Source: an uncultured Candidatus Peribacteria bacterium
Lineage (GTDB): Bacteria > Patescibacteriota > Gracilibacteria > Peribacterales > Peribacteraceae
Reading direction: 5' to 3'
Assembly: GCA_964534565.1 (NCBI GenBank)
Contig: CAZHON010000001.1
Coordinates: 390,532 to 454,531, forward strand
DNA: 64,000 nucleotides
A program made the translations under genes and the position numbers. The notes under the pieces were generated by a model. It searched no databases. It was given only the letters and a program-made list of their open reading frames with translations, and had not been told where the DNA came from. Below, one piece after another: positions 63,563-64,000 of this stretch; the first letter of the stretch is position 1; each line of letters starts with the position of its first letter.

Positions 63563-64000
63563 ATGCTGTACCAAGATCTCCTCAAGACGGCCACGACGGG
63601 AATAACGGTGAATAAAAGCCGTTCACTCCTCACCATGCTCGGCATCATCATCGGTGTCGGCTCGGTGGTGCTGATGGTGTCGCTGGGGAACAGTTTCCAA
63701 CGCTACGTGCTTGATCAAATCAGTTCGATCGGAACGAACACGATGGACGTCTTCCCGGTGGGTTTTGATAAATTCGGAGGGAATCTCGACAGTTTATCAT
63801 TCGAGGATTATTTGCGCATTGAAAAACTCTCTACCGTCGAAAAGTCCGCACCCGTGATCATTGTGAGCAAGCCCGTGACGTATGGAAAAGAAGAAGTGAC
63901 ACCGCTGGTGTTGGGAACGTATTCCGTCGTCATCGATAACTACGGATTGAAACTCGATCACGGACGACTGCTCGAAAAAAGCGATGATGATGGTGCGAAG
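63563..64000 (+). CDS. Second MacB-like ABC permease, 3'-truncated by the window edge
   Basis: My own translation: 'MLYQDLLKTATTGITVNKSRSLLTMLGIIIGVGSVVLMVSLG...', paralogous to the ORF at 62334. No stop before position 64000. Confidence 0.8.
   Translation, partial: MLYQDLLKTATTGITVNKSRSLLTMLGIIIGVGSVVLMVSLGNSFQRYVLDQISSIGTNTMDVFPVGFDKFGGNLDSLSFEDYLRIEKLSTVEKSAPVIIVSKPVTYGKEEVTPLVLGTYSVVIDNYGLKLDHGRLLEKSDDDGAK

Overview
Gene-dense chromosomal window with about 55 protein genes and 1 tRNA, mostly separated by short gaps or by TAATG/ATGA overlaps. The standard genetic code applies: TGA is used as a stop (e.g. 1887-1889) and conserved genes are intact. The organism looks like a small-genome monoderm, with a sortase, SLH-like anchoring modules and no outer-membrane genes. 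A CPR/Patescibacteria-like origin is inference only. The housekeeping backbone is rpsB-tsf, glyQS, rpsU, gyrB, tRNA-His(GUG)-hisS, an M24 peptidase, ybaB-mltG, der, leuS, an RsmB/F-type methyltransferase, dnaG-rpoD, a UvrD-like helicase-nuclease, rdgB and ftsK. Unusual envelope and surface content is interleaved with it.

- **Candidate secretion or DNA-transfer apparatus.** There are two diverged paralogues of an N-terminally extended TraD/VirD4-like membrane ATPase. One sits behind a stand-alone CheY-like receiver. The other is embedded among three cell-wall lytic or wall-binding proteins plus YbaB. A signal-peptide protein made of three tandem VirB2/TrbC-like pilin modules is translationally coupled to a PKD-domain surface protein with a long Pro/Ala/Thr tail. 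Taken together these are my best candidate for an undescribed, dispersed, T4SS-derived surface apparatus. No VirB4, relaxase or integrase is present in the window.
- **Orphan giant-protein operon.** An 82-aa ORF plus a 1597-aa multi-pass protein with 10-residue 'DDLLKAG' repeats lies behind a near-consensus promoter and palindrome. It is flanked by PrsW-like and S41 proteases.
- **Other surface and envelope genes.** These include a membrane-anchored protein with ten 31-residue Cys-rich repeats, a polyprenyl-phosphate-sugar/GT39-type (protein O-mannosylation-like) cluster, a TMTC-like TPR glycosyltransferase, and a MarR-controlled MacAB-like exporter.
- **Non-coding observations.** An approximately 95-nt multi-hairpin intergenic element occurs in two copies about 17 kb apart. 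A DUF559 cassette is bracketed by CCCTCTCCC hairpins. Several promoters are followed by palindromes. Shine-Dalgarno sequences are generally absent.

No CRISPR array, rRNA, transposase or integrase was seen.
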